From: Chiloscyllium plagiosum
Lineage: Eukaryota
Reading direction: 5' to 3'
DNA length: 27,010 nucleotides
Assembly (NCBI RefSeq): GCF_004010195.1
Contig: NC_057719.1
Span: 8,878,066 to 8,905,075, forward strand
Position 1 is the stretch's first letter. Each line of letters opens with the position of its first letter. Position numbers and translations under genes: made by a program. Shown here one piece after another: positions 1 through 11,163 of this stretch. Below the pieces are notes generated by a model that was not told the DNA's origin, did not search any database, and saw only the letters and a list, made by a program, of their open reading frames with translations.

Positions 1-591
1 TAAGAGGTTTGCAAAGCAGTGCACTCTGGGTCACGACAGGAGTCACAAGTCATGGAGCACTTTAAAACAAAGCTGGGTGGGTGATTGGCCATCATTAACC
101 ACAACTAAGGATCAGCTGGGTCCAGGAGCCAGGTTACGGTTTAATCACACTAACAGTTTCCAGCTCGCCTTTCACAGTTTCTGGCTCAAGAAATCTGAAT
201 TAGTGAAAGCAGGTGCTGTGGTGATAGCTGGATGATTAGCTTGGATAAAGGTTTGCTGGGGATCACTGGAGAGCATTTTGACAGTAAGTAACATTGAGCC
301 TATTACTGGAATCATTTTGCCTGTGCTTTCAGTAAACTTCAAATAAGTACCTGAATGATGCTGGTCAGCAGGATTATTACAAATGCAGTGGGCCAGATAA
401 TCAGGAAAAAAGACAGCTCGAATTTATACTGCAGACTACTGCCTTGGTAATCCCCTGGAAAATAAGCCGCTGCAGCTTGAACATTATATTCTTTTATTAA
501 TTGATTTTTGCGTTAGATGAAGTTTTTAAATGTTTTGTTCAATTCTTCTTATCCAAATCCTCACATCCTTAATTCCGCTTGCCTGTTTGTT

Positions 592-883
592 GGGTGGCAC
601 AGTGGCACGGTGGCTCAGTGGTGAGCACTGCTATCTCACAGCAGCAGGGACTCGGGTTCAATCCCATCCTCAGGCGACTGTCTGTGAAAAGTTTGCATGT
701 TTGCCCATTGTCTTTGTGTGTTTCCAACAGGTGCTTAGGTTTCTTCCCACAATCTAAAGATGTGCAGGTTAGGTGGATTGGCCATGGGAAATGCAGGGGG
801 TAGGGTGGGTCTGGGATGGATGCTCTTCGGAGGGCAGGGATGGGCCAAATGACCTTTGCCCACACTGTAAGGATTCTACGATC
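592..883 (+). mobile_element. HE1-type tRNA-derived SINE (V-SINE)
   Basis: A box TGGCTCAGTGG 611-621, B box GGTTCAATCC 655-664, V-domain body (CCCACAATCTAAAGATGTGCAGGTTAGGTGGATTGGCCATG), tail CACACTGTAAGGATTCT; matches six other copies in the window. Confidence 0.92.
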
Positions 884-1256
884 TTCTAACCACTTCTTGT
901 CCCATCTACCCATCCCCTAACACCATCCTAGTAACCTTTTTGACTTGGCAATGTTGCATTGTATTTACAGGGTACCTTACCCAGCAGATCCTGATTAAAA
1001 AAAAACAACATATTTTCTGTCCGAGACTTTGCCTCTTCGTGTTTATCTTAAATCTCGTTTTTCATTTCTCATTTGGTACAACAGACTGAGTCATAAGTCG
1101 CTTCCATACCTCACCCTGAAACAATTCCGTTCCCTTTCAACCTCCCCTTCTTTGATTAAGGCTGGTGAGTCACACTGAAGTATGGTCTCGCTGCTTGTCA
1201 GCACGGCCCTGTTGCTCATTACCTCAGCTCTGACCACTGGTCACACTCAGCAGCTA

Positions 1257-1335
1257 TAGAATTGTCTGTGGCTCTCCAGGAATCGAACATCAATCTCAAT
1301 ACAATCCTGAGAGCAAGATCGAGGAGAAAAACTAC
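1257..1335 (+). mobile_element. Short interspersed repeat, probably a DNA-transposon-derived (hAT-like) MITE fragment
   Basis: CTCTCCAGGAATCGAACATCAATCTC (1272-1297) matches the reverse complement of 25559-25584. The family label is from recall only. Confidence 0.45.
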
Positions 1336-1407
1336 TCAGGCATAAAGATATCCAATCGTTCTTCATTCTCTTTTCTTTGATGTTAATTGTAAATATATAG
1401 AAATGCA

Positions 1408-1950
1408 AAGACATTTTTGAGATTTGTAGCTCAGATTAATGATAAGTCTATAAGTTAGCTCGCTGAGCTGGAAGGTTTGTTTTCAGATGCTTTGTCACCA
1501 TACTAGGTAACATCATTAGTGAGAGTCTCCAGTGAAGCTCTGGTAGTATGTCCTGCCTCTCTATTTGTAGATCTTGGTTTCTTAAGGTGGGTCATTTCCT
1601 ATTCTTCTTTTCAACGGAAAGTAAATAGGATCTAAATCGATGTGTTTATTGATGAGTTCTGGTTAGAACACCATGCCTTGAAGAATTCTCGATTTTGTCT
1701 TCCTTTTATCTGTTCTGGATGTGTGTGTTGTCCCAGTCAATAAACATATCGACTTACCCATCTACTTTCCCTTCAAAAACAGAACAGGAAATGACATCAC
1801 CCACCTTAAGAAAGCAAGACCTATAAATAGAGAGGTGGGACATACCACCAGCGCTTCACTGGAGACTCTCACTGATGATGTTACCTCGTCATGGTGACAA
1901 AATGTCTGAAAACAAGCCTTCCAGCACAGCGAGCTAACTTATATACATAT
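1408..1950. mobile_element. Penelope-like element (Poseidon/Penelope type) remnant with inverted pLTR pair
   Basis: About 200-bp inverted repeat (1449-1652 vs 1737-1943). The minus strand encodes a frameshifted GIY-YIG C-terminus (DWDNTHI...REFFKAWCSNQN-INKHIDLDPIY). Each arm has a decayed hammerhead motif. Confidence 0.88.
1867..1910 (+). ncRNA. Decayed minimal type I hammerhead ribozyme motif
   Basis: TCA-CTGATGA-T-GTTACC-TCGTCAT-GGTGAC-AAAATGTC-TGA; stem II GTTACC/GGTGAC pairs. GAAACGTC is altered at two CpG positions. Confidence 0.7.
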
Positions 1951-2137
1951 ATTGAAATATATAAAAATACATATAGATAACTATATAGTTAAATTGGCGC
2001 TTCTGACAGGATGGGATGATTGCAGCTGACCTTATTAAACCTGAAATACACAGAGTTGGTAGCCTCAAGTATATTAGTTACGTTAATTTGTGTACAGATG
2101 GTGAATATTAATTGGGGTTTTACACATTGTGGCATGA

Positions 2138-2260
2138 GGGCTACTGTGGCCCAGTGGTAGTGTCTACACCTCCGGATCAGAAGGTCCAGGTTCAAGTCCT
2201 ATCTCAGGATGTGATGGCCATGGACTTACACCATAATGTATACAAATAGGTTGATGGAAA
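2138..2260 (+). mobile_element. Short tRNA-derived SINE
   Basis: A box TGGCCCAGTGG 2147-2157, B box GGTTCAAGTCC 2189-2199, tail AGGTTGAT shared with related copies at 2293, 14015 and 21082. Confidence 0.75.
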
Positions 2261-2292
2261 ACACACAGATGTGTAGGGGGGAATCTTATACC

Positions 2293-2387
2293 CTCAGAGG
2301 CAGTCTCCCTTCCCCTGCACCAGGAGGCCCTGGTTCAATTCGCAGCTGCTCCAGAAGTGTGTAATAACAGGTTGATTAGAAAATATC
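2293..2387 (+). mobile_element. Short tRNA-derived SINE (degenerate)
   Basis: B box GGTTCAATTC 2332-2341, then CTGCTCCAGAAGTGTGTAATAACAGGTTGATTAGAAAATA, similar to 21082-21199. Confidence 0.7.
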
Positions 2388-2509
2388 TCAAGAACGTATA
2401 AAGAGACACTGGGGTGAGGGTGCATGACGAGGTGTTTCTTGATAAAGGTTTCACTTTGTAAATAAATGTAAGACTGGGTATAGATGGATTCCAATACTTC
2501 CCTTCACTG

Positions 2510-2700
2510 ATTGGCTTTCCAGAATTGGATGCTAATGCTGGATTAATTAAAGTTTTCAAGACTAAGACTGGGAGATTTTGATTAGGTCAGGGATGTGGAA
2601 CAAAAGGAGGACAAGCTAATTGAGGTACAGATTGGATGTGATGTCATGCCATGGCTTGAGTGATTCCACAGGGATCAGATCCAAGTCCTCTTTGGCTTTA
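2510..2700 (+). mobile_element. Old CR1-type LINE 3' end relic
   Basis: TTTTCAAGACTAAGACTGGGAGATTTTG...GGGATGTGGAACAAAAG...TTGAGGTACAGAT resembles CR1 ORF2 end and 3' UTR; heavily diverged. Confidence 0.5.
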
Positions 2701-2802
2701 ATTACTATTGGGCTATCTGGCAATCTATTACAGTTTTATAAGTTAATTTTGCTTCTTCTTATGGAGGTGAATGAATTCAACCCATTCTCTTGGCCTCTGA
2801 CC

Positions 2803-3100
2803 ACAGAATCGCTACAGTGTGGAAGCTGGCCATTGAGTCACACCAACCCTCTGAAGACCATTCCACCCAATCCCTGTAACCTCACATACACCGTGGCTCC
2901 CTCACCTAGCCTGCACATCCCTGAACACTTTGGGCAATTTAGCACTGTCAATCCACCTAAACTGCACATCTTTGGAGGAAACAGGAGCACCCGGAAGAAA
3001 CCCACGCAGACACAGAGAGAAAGTGCAAACTCCATGCAGACAGTCACCCAAGGGTGAAATTGAATCCATGGCCCCTGGCGCTCGGAGCCATTGTGCCACC
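2803..3100 (-). mobile_element. HE1-type SINE
   Basis: Reverse complement of the HE1 tail (GAATCGCTACAGTGTGG), body (GAGCACCCGGAAGAAACCCACGCAGACAC) and partly deleted tRNA head. Confidence 0.92.
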
Positions 3101-3174
3101 TGATCACTGGATCACTGGAGGGTCCAGGGAACTATCTCCACGTCTTCCATTCTCTCTCCCCTTCACTCAGAAAC

Positions 3175-3690
3175 TTGAGTATCGGAGTGAGAGGGCTGAT
3201 CTCTTTGAGCTACCCAACATGATTAATGGGGTTTGACAGGACAGATAGAAAAAAAACTATTTTCTCTGATGGGGGATTCCAGAACAAAGGAATACAGATC
3301 TGAAAGTTACAGCAAGGTCATGCAGACGTAATATCGGGAAGCAGTTTTTCACACAAAGTATAATGAAAACTTACAGTTCTCTCCTTTGAAAGGAGAATGA
3401 GACTGGGTTTCAGATGAAAATTTAGAAACTGAAATTACCCAATTTTTGTTTCTCAAGGATATTAAAGGTCTGTAAGCAAGGTGTAATTTAGAAAAGTGAC
3501 TGCACTTCAATATTATTTTATTGTCTCTAAAACGCTTTGAAGACATCCAGTGGTTGTGAAAAGTGCTATATAAATGCATGGTCTTTTTTTATCCTCAGGT
3601 GGAGTTAAGATACAGATTGACCGTGTTCTATCTTGAGTAGCAGAGGAGGTTCCTAACTGTTAAATGGCACGATCCTGCTTCTACATCCCT
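3175..3690 (+). mobile_element. Old CR1-type LINE 3' fragment, interrupted at about 3483-3590
   Basis: GGGTTTGACAGGACAGATAG, GGGGGATTCCAGAACAAAGG, TTTTTCACACAAAG and 3' UTR GGAGTTAAGATACAGAT, colinear with other CR1 3' ends in the window. Confidence 0.7.
3493..3590 (+). mobile_element. DeuSINE (SacSINE1/AmnSINE1-like) 3' tail
   Basis: AGTGACTGCACTTCAA...AAACGCTTTGAAGACATCC...GTGAAAAGTGCTATATAAATGCA matches the recalled AmnSINE1/SacSINE1 tail. Confidence 0.75.
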
Positions 3691-3959
3691 CTACGCTGCC
3701 TCCAGATCAGCAAAGAATGTAGATGTGCCAAGTGGGAAATGATGAAGAAATGTCTACATCATTATTAGGTGCTATAAGAGCACCAATATATTGTCAGTAG
3801 GCTGTTGGTGCATTAGTATGATATAGCCAACCTCTTCAATTTGCCAGTCCTGTTACAGGCATCGCATTTTTGTGAAAACCGACAAGTATAGGAAGCTGTT
3901 GCAGGCTTTCAATTTCCAAAATAACTTCAAGCACTTTTATAAGATACCGTCCTGTAAAT

Positions 3960-4320
3960 TAATCTCTATGTAATCACATTGTGACATTAATTATTTTATG
4001 TAATTTCACCTAAGCATTCATTATGCTTTATACCACCTTGAGTCATTCATTATTCTCCATTATCACCCTAAGATGTTCATGATGTTCCAGGAGCTAATCT
4101 CTCTTGGTTTTCCATTGTTCTCTATATATCACTCCAAGGCATTAATTATTCATCAGGCAATCATTCCCAGCCATTGACTATTCTTTCTCTCTCACCCCTT
4201 GACATTCATGATTTTCCATGTAATCTCTACCCGAGAGATTTAACATTCCCTATCTTTCATTCTTAGGTATTCAATAGCCTTTACCATATCTATTCACAGT
4301 TCTCAATGTCATCTCCATGT
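3960..4320. repeat. Highly degenerate 30-32 bp tandem repeat, about 11 units
   Basis: Recurring unit approximating TAATCACCCNNGACATTCATTATTCTCCATG, e.g. 3971 TAATCACATTGTGACATTAATTATTTTATG and about 4190 TCTCACCCCTTGACATTCATGATTTTCCATG. Confidence 0.6.
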
Positions 4321-5108
4321 TATAATATTGTCAGTATATGCTGCACATAACGATATATATATAGTTCTATTTTTCATTAGAATTTTGTTTAATTGGTTGG
4401 AAAATGATACTGGAATTATTTTTAAACTTGGAAAGTATGTGCAGTTTCGATAATGTTCTTTAGCTTTGTGCAATTAACACTAATATAATCTTGTAAATTT
4501 AAACACCAACATTTATTGATCTAAATGATGTAATAAAAATGTGATTTTCCACTAAATTTATCTCAAAATTGTGTAGGCCACACTCAATGGGACATTGTAC
4601 TGAGGTAGAGAACTATGCAGTTTATAAAATGTGTTAATACCTGGCTTTTTGTGGTTCTCAAGCTGGGAGTTATTCAAAAGCAAGAGATCATTCTCCAGCC
4701 CTAAGTGGGTTTAACACAGAATAATAGACAAGTGTGAGAGTGATTTATAATTCATGCAACTTGGCTCCTGCACATGATGACACGTTAGTACGTAATGGCA
4801 CTTCAATATCTGTTCAGACATTTGGCCAAACAACCTGCCCAATCCATCCTGGTCATGTCAAGACCTGAGTCAGGCTTTAGTCCTTTCTCTAACTTCTCAA
4901 CTTCATACATCTTTTTCACCTCTCCTTGAAAATTCCCATCTTCCCAGATTCTCACCCAAGTACTCTCTCTGAGGTATCACCCCCTTCTTCTATTAATTAA
5001 CTATACCTGCATTCATCGCTTTGGCAGTTCATTCCACACACAAACCACTCTCTGTGTAAAAAGGTTGCCCCTCGTGTCCTTTTTAGATCTTTCTCTTCTC
5101 ACCTTAAA

Positions 5109-5278
5109 GTTTCCTCCCACAGTCCAAAGATGTGCAGGTCAGGTGAATTGGCCATGGTAAATTGCTCATAGCATTAGGTGCATTAGTCAGAGGGAAATGG
5201 GTCTGGGTGGGTTACTCTTTGGAGGGTCAGTGTGGACTTGTTGGGCCGAAGGGCCTGTTTCCACACTGTAGGGAATCT
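5109..5278 (+). mobile_element. 5'-truncated HE1 SINE nested in CR1
   Basis: Starts at GTTTCCTCCCACAGTCCAAAGATG, ends CCACACTGTAGGGAATCT; CR1 is continuous across it. Confidence 0.93.
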
Positions 5279-5734
5279 AACATATGTCCCCTAGATTTGA
5301 ACTTCCCCCACCCGAGGGAAAAAGTCTCTTGTCATTCACCATATCTATGCCCCTCAGGATTTTATAAACCTCTATAACATCACCCCTCAACCTTCTATGC
5401 TTCTTGAAAAATGTCCCAGACTTTCCAGTCTATTTTTAAAACTCAAACCCTCCAGTCTCAGCAACATCCTGGTAAATCTTTTCTGAACCCTCTCCAATTT
5501 AATAATATCCTTCCTATAACAGGGTGACCCCAAACCTGGCCATCGTACTCCTGAAAAGGCCTCACCAACAAACTGTACAACCTCAACATGACATTCCAAA
5601 TCCTATACTCAAAGGTCTGAGCAATGAAGGCAAGGGTGCGAAACACCTTCTTAACCACTCTGTCTACCTCTGACACAAATTTCAAAGAATCATGTACCAT
5701 AACCCTAGATCTTTCTGTTCAATGACACTACCTT

Positions 5735-6019
5735 GGGCAGCACGGTGACACAGTGGTTAGCACTGCTGCCTCACAGCGCCAGAGACCCGGGTTCAGTTCC
5801 CGCCTCAGGTGACTCACTGTGTGGAGTTTGCACATTCTCCCGTGTCTGCGTGGGTTTCCTCCGGGTGCTCTGGTTTCCTCCCACAGTCCAAAAATGTGCA
5901 TTGGCCACGCTAAATTGCCCGTAGTGTTAGGTGAAGGGGTAAAGGTCTGGGTGAGTTGCGGGTCGGTGTGGACTTGTTGGGCCAAGAGGGCCTGTTTCCA
6001 CACTGTAAGTAATCTAATC
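5735..6019 (+). mobile_element. HE1 SINE nested in CR1
   Basis: GGGCAGCACGGTGACACAGTGG head, B box GGTTCAGTTCC, tail AATCTAATC; imperfect flanking duplication ACTACCT 5727-5733 / ATTACCT 6020-6026. Confidence 0.95.
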
Positions 6020-6513
6020 ATTACCTGGGCCCTACCATTATTTGTGTAAGTCCTGTACTTGTTAGTTTTATCAAAATGTAACACCTCACATTATTCAAAC
6101 TAAACTCCATCTGCCACTCTTCAGCCCATTGACCCAATTGATTAGGATCTCTTTGTAATCTTAGATAACCTTTCTCGCTGTCAACTACGCCACCAGTTTT
6201 GGTGTCATCTGCAAACTTACTAACCAAGCCTCCTATATTCGCATCCAAATCATTTATATAAATGACAAACAAAAGTGGACCCAGTAGCGATCCCTGTGGA
6301 ACACTGCCGCTCACAGGACTCCAGTCCAAAAAACAACCCTCCACCACCACACTCTGTCTCCTAACATAAAGCTAATTTTGGTATCCAATTGGCAAGCTCA
6401 CCTTGAGTCCCATGTGATCTAACTTTACTAATTAGTCTACCGTGCAGAACTTCATCAAAGGCTTTACTAAAATCCAAGTAAACAACATCTATCACTCTGT
6501 CCTCATCAGTCTT

Positions 6514-6625
6514 AGCTGACAAAAATAGAGATAATGTAACTAATGTAAGTGAAGATAAGATAACTGATGAAAATGAAGATACTGTAGCTGACTAAGTTAC
6601 TGATAGAACTGATGGAAAAGGATAT
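6514..6625 (+). repeat. 24-bp degenerate tandem repeat, 3 full units plus 1-2 partial
   Basis: AGCTGACAAAAATAGAGATAATGT (6514), AACTAATGTAAGTGAAGATAAGAT (6538), AACTGATGAAAATGAAGATACTGT (6562), AGCTGAC (6586). Confidence 0.7.
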
Positions 6626-6949
6626 GGGAGCCTGATTGTTAGATTGTAATGATTGCATATTTTTATTTTTCTGCAGTTTTGATTGCGTAACGAAATTGAA
6701 AAAGCGACTTGCACCTTCAAAAAAACTGAGGAAGGAATTGTGTAGTTTTATAAAACAAGTTATTGAGACTCTGGGACCAATCCAATGAATTGGTTTCCTA
6801 ATCTTTTCTTTTCCAGCTACTGAGATGTAAAAAGGTGAGTTAAAAATAGATTGCTGTGAATGGCATCAGGTATAATTATTGTGTGAGATCCTTCAGTGAA
6901 AAGAGAAGCTCAGATTGTAGCAAGCAGTTCGATCTGTTAGTCAAGCAGA

Positions 6950-8107
6950 GATCGTGCCAAAACAATTGGCTATTCTTCAAGGGCTCACCAGGGATCCTTT
7001 CAATGCAACTGGAGGTGTAGGGTCCAAGGCGGTATCTTGTTCATCCCAAAACCCGACAAAATTCCAAAGAGTGACAAGCAACATCAAGATGTTAAGATGT
7101 TCCGATGGATTGCATATGGATTTCACTAAACTGAACATAGGCATTCAAAGAGAAGTTCGTCCAGTTTCCTCAGCTGGCAACATTTTGCCCAAATTAGCCA
7201 GAAGCAAATCCTTTACTGAGTTGGAAGCAAAAGGCAGATTTGGTAAACACCCATAAACCGTGGGTCAGGATCCCTGGATAGTTTGCCACAAATTTTTGGA
7301 TGATTCTGTTTCAAGCGTCTGCTTTTTGGAATTTTGTGCACACCAGAAACCTTTCAGAGTACAATGTCAAGGATTCTTGAGGGAATCATGGATGATGTCC
7401 CAGTGCATGGTCAGAATAAATGGGTGCATTTATTTTAAGAACTTTATCAAGTGCAAGCCTTACATTCTACAAGAAGTGTTAACGCTCAAAGACAAAAAGC
7501 AAACTTTTGAGACACAATATAAGAGCAGGAGATCACGATGGATCCCTGTAAGGTGAGTTCAATAAGTGACCTTCCATCACTGACATGTACATGACGTAAA
7601 GTGCTACATAGGAATGGTGACCTAATTGCTAAGGTTCATTCCCAACTTAAGTCAGTCTCATTTAACCTATAAGATAGACCAGGAATGGACTACAGCTTCT
7701 GGAGATGGTAATTCCTTTAGACTTATTCAGCTCACTTTAACCCTTCATGGCAGGAAGGGCTGAATGTTGGAACCAGGAAAACCATATACTTCACCTTAAC
7801 AGGAACTGAACAATGATGGTACACTTGAAAAAGAAGCACTGGCTGTTACATGGGGTTGTGAAAGGTTTGCAGTTTCCGATGGCATTGAGATTCCAGGTCG
7901 AAACATACCACAAACCATGAGTGTTTTTATTGGGACCAAAGGCAAGTGTGAACATTTTTGGATATATCCGATGCCATCTCTAAACACAAGTTCAGACTAA
8001 TGAGATATGACGACATGATTAACTTTATCTCAGGCAGAGTTCTCACAGATTACTGCTAATACACTATCCAGTACAACAGTGGATCAGGCCAAAAAGGAAG
8101 ACTTAAT
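6950..8107 (+). mobile_element. Ty3/Gypsy LTR retrotransposon pol relic (RT and RNase H)
   Basis: DFTKLN..QREVRPVSS..NILPKLARSKSFTELEA; FG*FCFKRLLFGILCTPETFQSTMSRILEGI-MDDVPVHGQ (RT active site); LEKEALAVTWGCERF and ETYHKP (RNase H). Many stops and frameshifts. 6630-6950 may be gag remnant. Confidence 0.9.
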
Positions 8108-8147
8108 ACAGGAACAAATTACTGCCAATGTTGGAATCTTTACTGAA

Positions 8148-11050
8148 GGTGAGAAATAAGAAAGGGATGATCACCTTATTGGGATTGTATTATAGACCCC
8201 CTAATAGTCAGAAAGAAATTGAGGAATAAACTTGTAAGGAGATCTCAGCTATCTGTTAGAATAATAGGGTGGTTATGGTAGGGGATTTTAACTTTCCAAA
8301 CATAGACTGGGACGGCCATAGTGTTAAGGGTTTAGATGGAGAGGAATTATTTAAGTGTGTACAAGAAAACTTTCTGATTCAGTATGTGGATGTACTTACT
8401 AAAGAAGGTGCAAAACTGGACCTACTCTTGGGAAATAAGTCAGGGCAGGTGACTGAGGTGTCAGTGGGGGAGCACTTTGGGACCAGTGACCATAATTCCA
8501 TTAGATTTAAAATAGTGATGGAAAAGAATAGACCAGATCTAAAAGTTGAAGTTCTAAATTGGAGAAAGGCTAATTTTAATGGTATTAGGCAAGAACTTTC
8601 AAAAACTGACTGGAGGGCAGATGTTCGCAGGTAAAGGGACGGCTAGAAAATGGGAAGCCTTCAGAAATGAGATAACGAGAATCCAGAGAAAGTATATTCC
8701 TGTTAGGGTGAAAGGAAAGGCGGGTAGGTATAGGGAATGCTGGATGTCTAAAGAAATTGAGGGTTTGGTTAGGAAAAGAAGGAAGCATATGTCAGGTATA
8801 GACAGGACAGATTGAGTGAATCCTTAGAAGAGTATAAAGGAAGTAGGATTATACTTAAGAGGGAAATCAGGAGGGCAAAAAGGGGATATGAGATAGCTTT
8901 GGGAAATAGAGTTAAGGAGAATCCATAGGATTTTTACAAATACATTAAGGACAAAAGGGTAACTAGGGAGAGAATAGGGCCCCTCAAAGATCAGCAAGGC
9001 AGCTTTTGTGTGGAGCCGCAGAAAATGGGGGAGATACTAAACAATTATTTTGCATCAGTATTTACTGTGGAAAAGGATATGGAAGATATAGAATGTAGGG
9101 AAATAGATGGTGACACTTTGCAAAATGTCCACATTACAGAGGAGGAAGTGCTGGATGTCTTGAAATGCATAAAGGTGGATAAATCCCCAGGACCTGATCA
9201 GATGTACCCTAGAACTCTGTGAGAAGCTAGAGAAGTGATTGCTGGGCCTCTTGCTGAGATATTTGTATCAGTCACAGGTGAGTTGTCGGAAGACTGGAGG
9301 TTGGCTAACCTGGTGCCACTGTTTAAGAAGGGCAGAAAGGACAAACCAGGGAACTATAGACCAGTGAACCTGACCTCGGTGGTTTGAGGGAATCCTGAGG
9401 GACAGGATGTACATGTATTTGGAAAGGCAAGGACTGATTCGGGATAGTCAACATGGCTTTGTATGTGGGAAATCATGTCTCACAAACTTGATTGAGTTTT
9501 TTGAAGAAGTAACAAAGAGGATTGATGAGGGCAGAGGGGTAGATGTGATCTATATGGACTTCAGTAACCATTTGATAAGATTCCCCATGGGAGACTGGTT
9601 AGCCAGGTTAGATCTCATGGAACACAGGGAGAACTAGCCATTTGGATACAGAACTGGCTCAAAGGTAGAAGACAGAGGGTGGCGGTGAAGGGTTGTTTTT
9701 CAGACTAGAGTCCTGTGACCAGTGGAGTGCCACAAGGATCGGTGCTGGGTCCACTACATTTTGTCATTTATATAAATAATTTGGATGTGAGCATAAGAGG
9801 TATAGTTAGTAATTTTGCAGATGACACCAAAATGTAGTAGACAGTGAAGAAGATTACCTCAGATTACAACAGGATCTTGACCAGATGGGCCAATGGGCTG
9901 AGAAGTGGCATATGGAGTTTAATTCAGATAAATGTAAGGTGCTGCATTTTGGGAAAGTAAATCTGGTCTGGCCTTATACACTTAATGGTAAGGTCCTAGG
10001 GAGTGTTGCTGAACAAAGAGACTTTGGAGTGTAGGTTAATAGCTGCTTAAAAGTGGAATTGTAGGTAGACAGGATAGTGAAGAAGGCGTTTGGTATGCTT
10101 TCCTTTATTGGTCAGACTATTGAGTACAGGAGTTGGGAGGTCATGTTGCGGTTGTACAGGACATTGGTGAGGCCACTGTTGGAATATTGCGAGCAATTCT
10201 GGTCTCCCTCCTATCGGAAAGATGTGAAACTTGAAAGGGTTCAGAAAGGACTTACAAGGATGTTGCCAGGGTTGGAGGATCTGAGCTACAGGGAGAGGCT
10301 GAACAGGCTGGAGCTGTTTTCCCTTGAGCGTCGGAGGCTGAGGTGTGACCTTATAAAGGTTTACAAAATTATGAGGGGCATGGATAGGATTAGATTAGAT
10401 TCCCTACAGTGTGGAAATAAGCCCATCAGCCCAACAAGTGTACACCGACCCTCCAAAGAACAACCCACCCAGACCCATTTCCCCTCTAACTAATGCACCT
10501 AACTCTATGGGCAATTTAGTATGGCCAATTTACCGGCCCTATACATCTTTGGACTAGGGAAGGAAACCAGAGCACCTGGAGGAAACCCACGCAGGCACGG
10601 GGAGAATGTGCAAACTCCACACAGACAGTCACCTGAGGCTGGAATTGAACCTGGGACCCTAGTGCTGTGAGGCAGCAGTGCTAACCACTGAGCAACCATG
10701 CCACCCCTAAGAAGCACATATAAATAGACAAAGTATTTTTCCCTGGGGTCAGGGAGTCCAAGGTTTAGGGTGAGAGGGGAAAGATATAAAAGAGACCTAA
10801 GGGGCAACGTTTTCACACAGAGGATGGTACGGGTATGGAATAAGCTACCAGAGGAAGAGGTGGAGGCTGGTACAATTGCAACATTTAAGAGGCATTTGGA
10901 TGGGTATATAAATAGGAAGGGTTTGGAGGGATATGGGCTGGGTGCTGGCAGGTGGGACTAGATTGGGTTAGGATATCTGGTCGGCATGGACGGGTTGGAC
11001 CGAAGGGTCTGTTTCCATGCTGTACATCTCTATGACAGTATGACTCTATG
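8148..11050 (+). mobile_element. CR1/HER1-type LINE ORF2 (APE and RT), 5'-truncated, pseudogenised
   Basis: APE motifs YRPP, GDFNFP, LDLLL, SDHNSI; RT motifs DKSPGPD, SQHGF, GVPQGSVLGP, FADDTK; (CTATGACT)n tail; ACTGAA duplicated at 8142-8147 and 11051-11056. Confidence 0.97.
10389..10706 (-). mobile_element. HE1 SINE nested in CR1
   Basis: Full head (GGGTGGCATGGTTGCTCAGTGG on minus) and (AATCT)n tail; 13 nt of extra sequence at 10707-10719 before CR1 resumes. Confidence 0.96.
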
Positions 11051-11163
11051 ACTGAAAACGCTGGAAATCACAGCAGGTCAGGCAGCTTCCATGGAGAGAG
11101 AGCAAGCTAGCATTTTGAGTCTAGCTGACTCTTGCTTTTTCTCCACAGATGCTGCCTGAGTTC

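Larger units (their letters stand above)
4995..6513 (-). mobile_element. CR1/HER1-type LINE, RT-to-C-terminal fragment, disrupted, with two SINE insertions
   Basis: Minus-strand peptides SVPQGSLLGPLLFVIYINDLD, SKFADDTK, WAEEWQMEF, LERVQKRFTRML; frameshifted. Confidence 0.95.
8108..11163. mobile_element. Penelope-type pLTR mini-element (8108-8147 plus 11051-11163) split by a CR1 insertion
   Basis: Halves join as ...GGAATCTTTACTGAA/AACGCTGGAAATCACAGCAGGTCAGGCAGC..., with a short inverted part CTCCACAGATGCTGCCTGA; flanked by exact AAGGAAGACTTAAT at 8094-8107 and 11164-11177. Confidence 0.8.

Noticed and set aside
351..420. Resemblance of FELSFF...VIILLTSIIQ to the ryanodine receptor last TM segment
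   Set aside because: Needs a multi-residue insertion in a highly conserved helix; likely coincidental hydrophobic similarity.
592..670. tRNA genes at SINE heads (also 2138, 5735, 12089, 21082)
   Set aside because: A and B boxes run directly into SINE bodies and no complete cloverleaf is supported.
6817..6834. 18-nt exon-like segment TTTTCCAG|CTACTGAGATGTAAAAAG|GTGAGT (LLRCKK)
   Set aside because: Splice signals are strong, but it sits in probable Gypsy gag relic and the branch point is very close; not called without RNA evidence.
8269..10961. CR1 ORF fragments as functional CDS
   Set aside because: Multiple stops, frameshifts, deletions and a SINE insertion.
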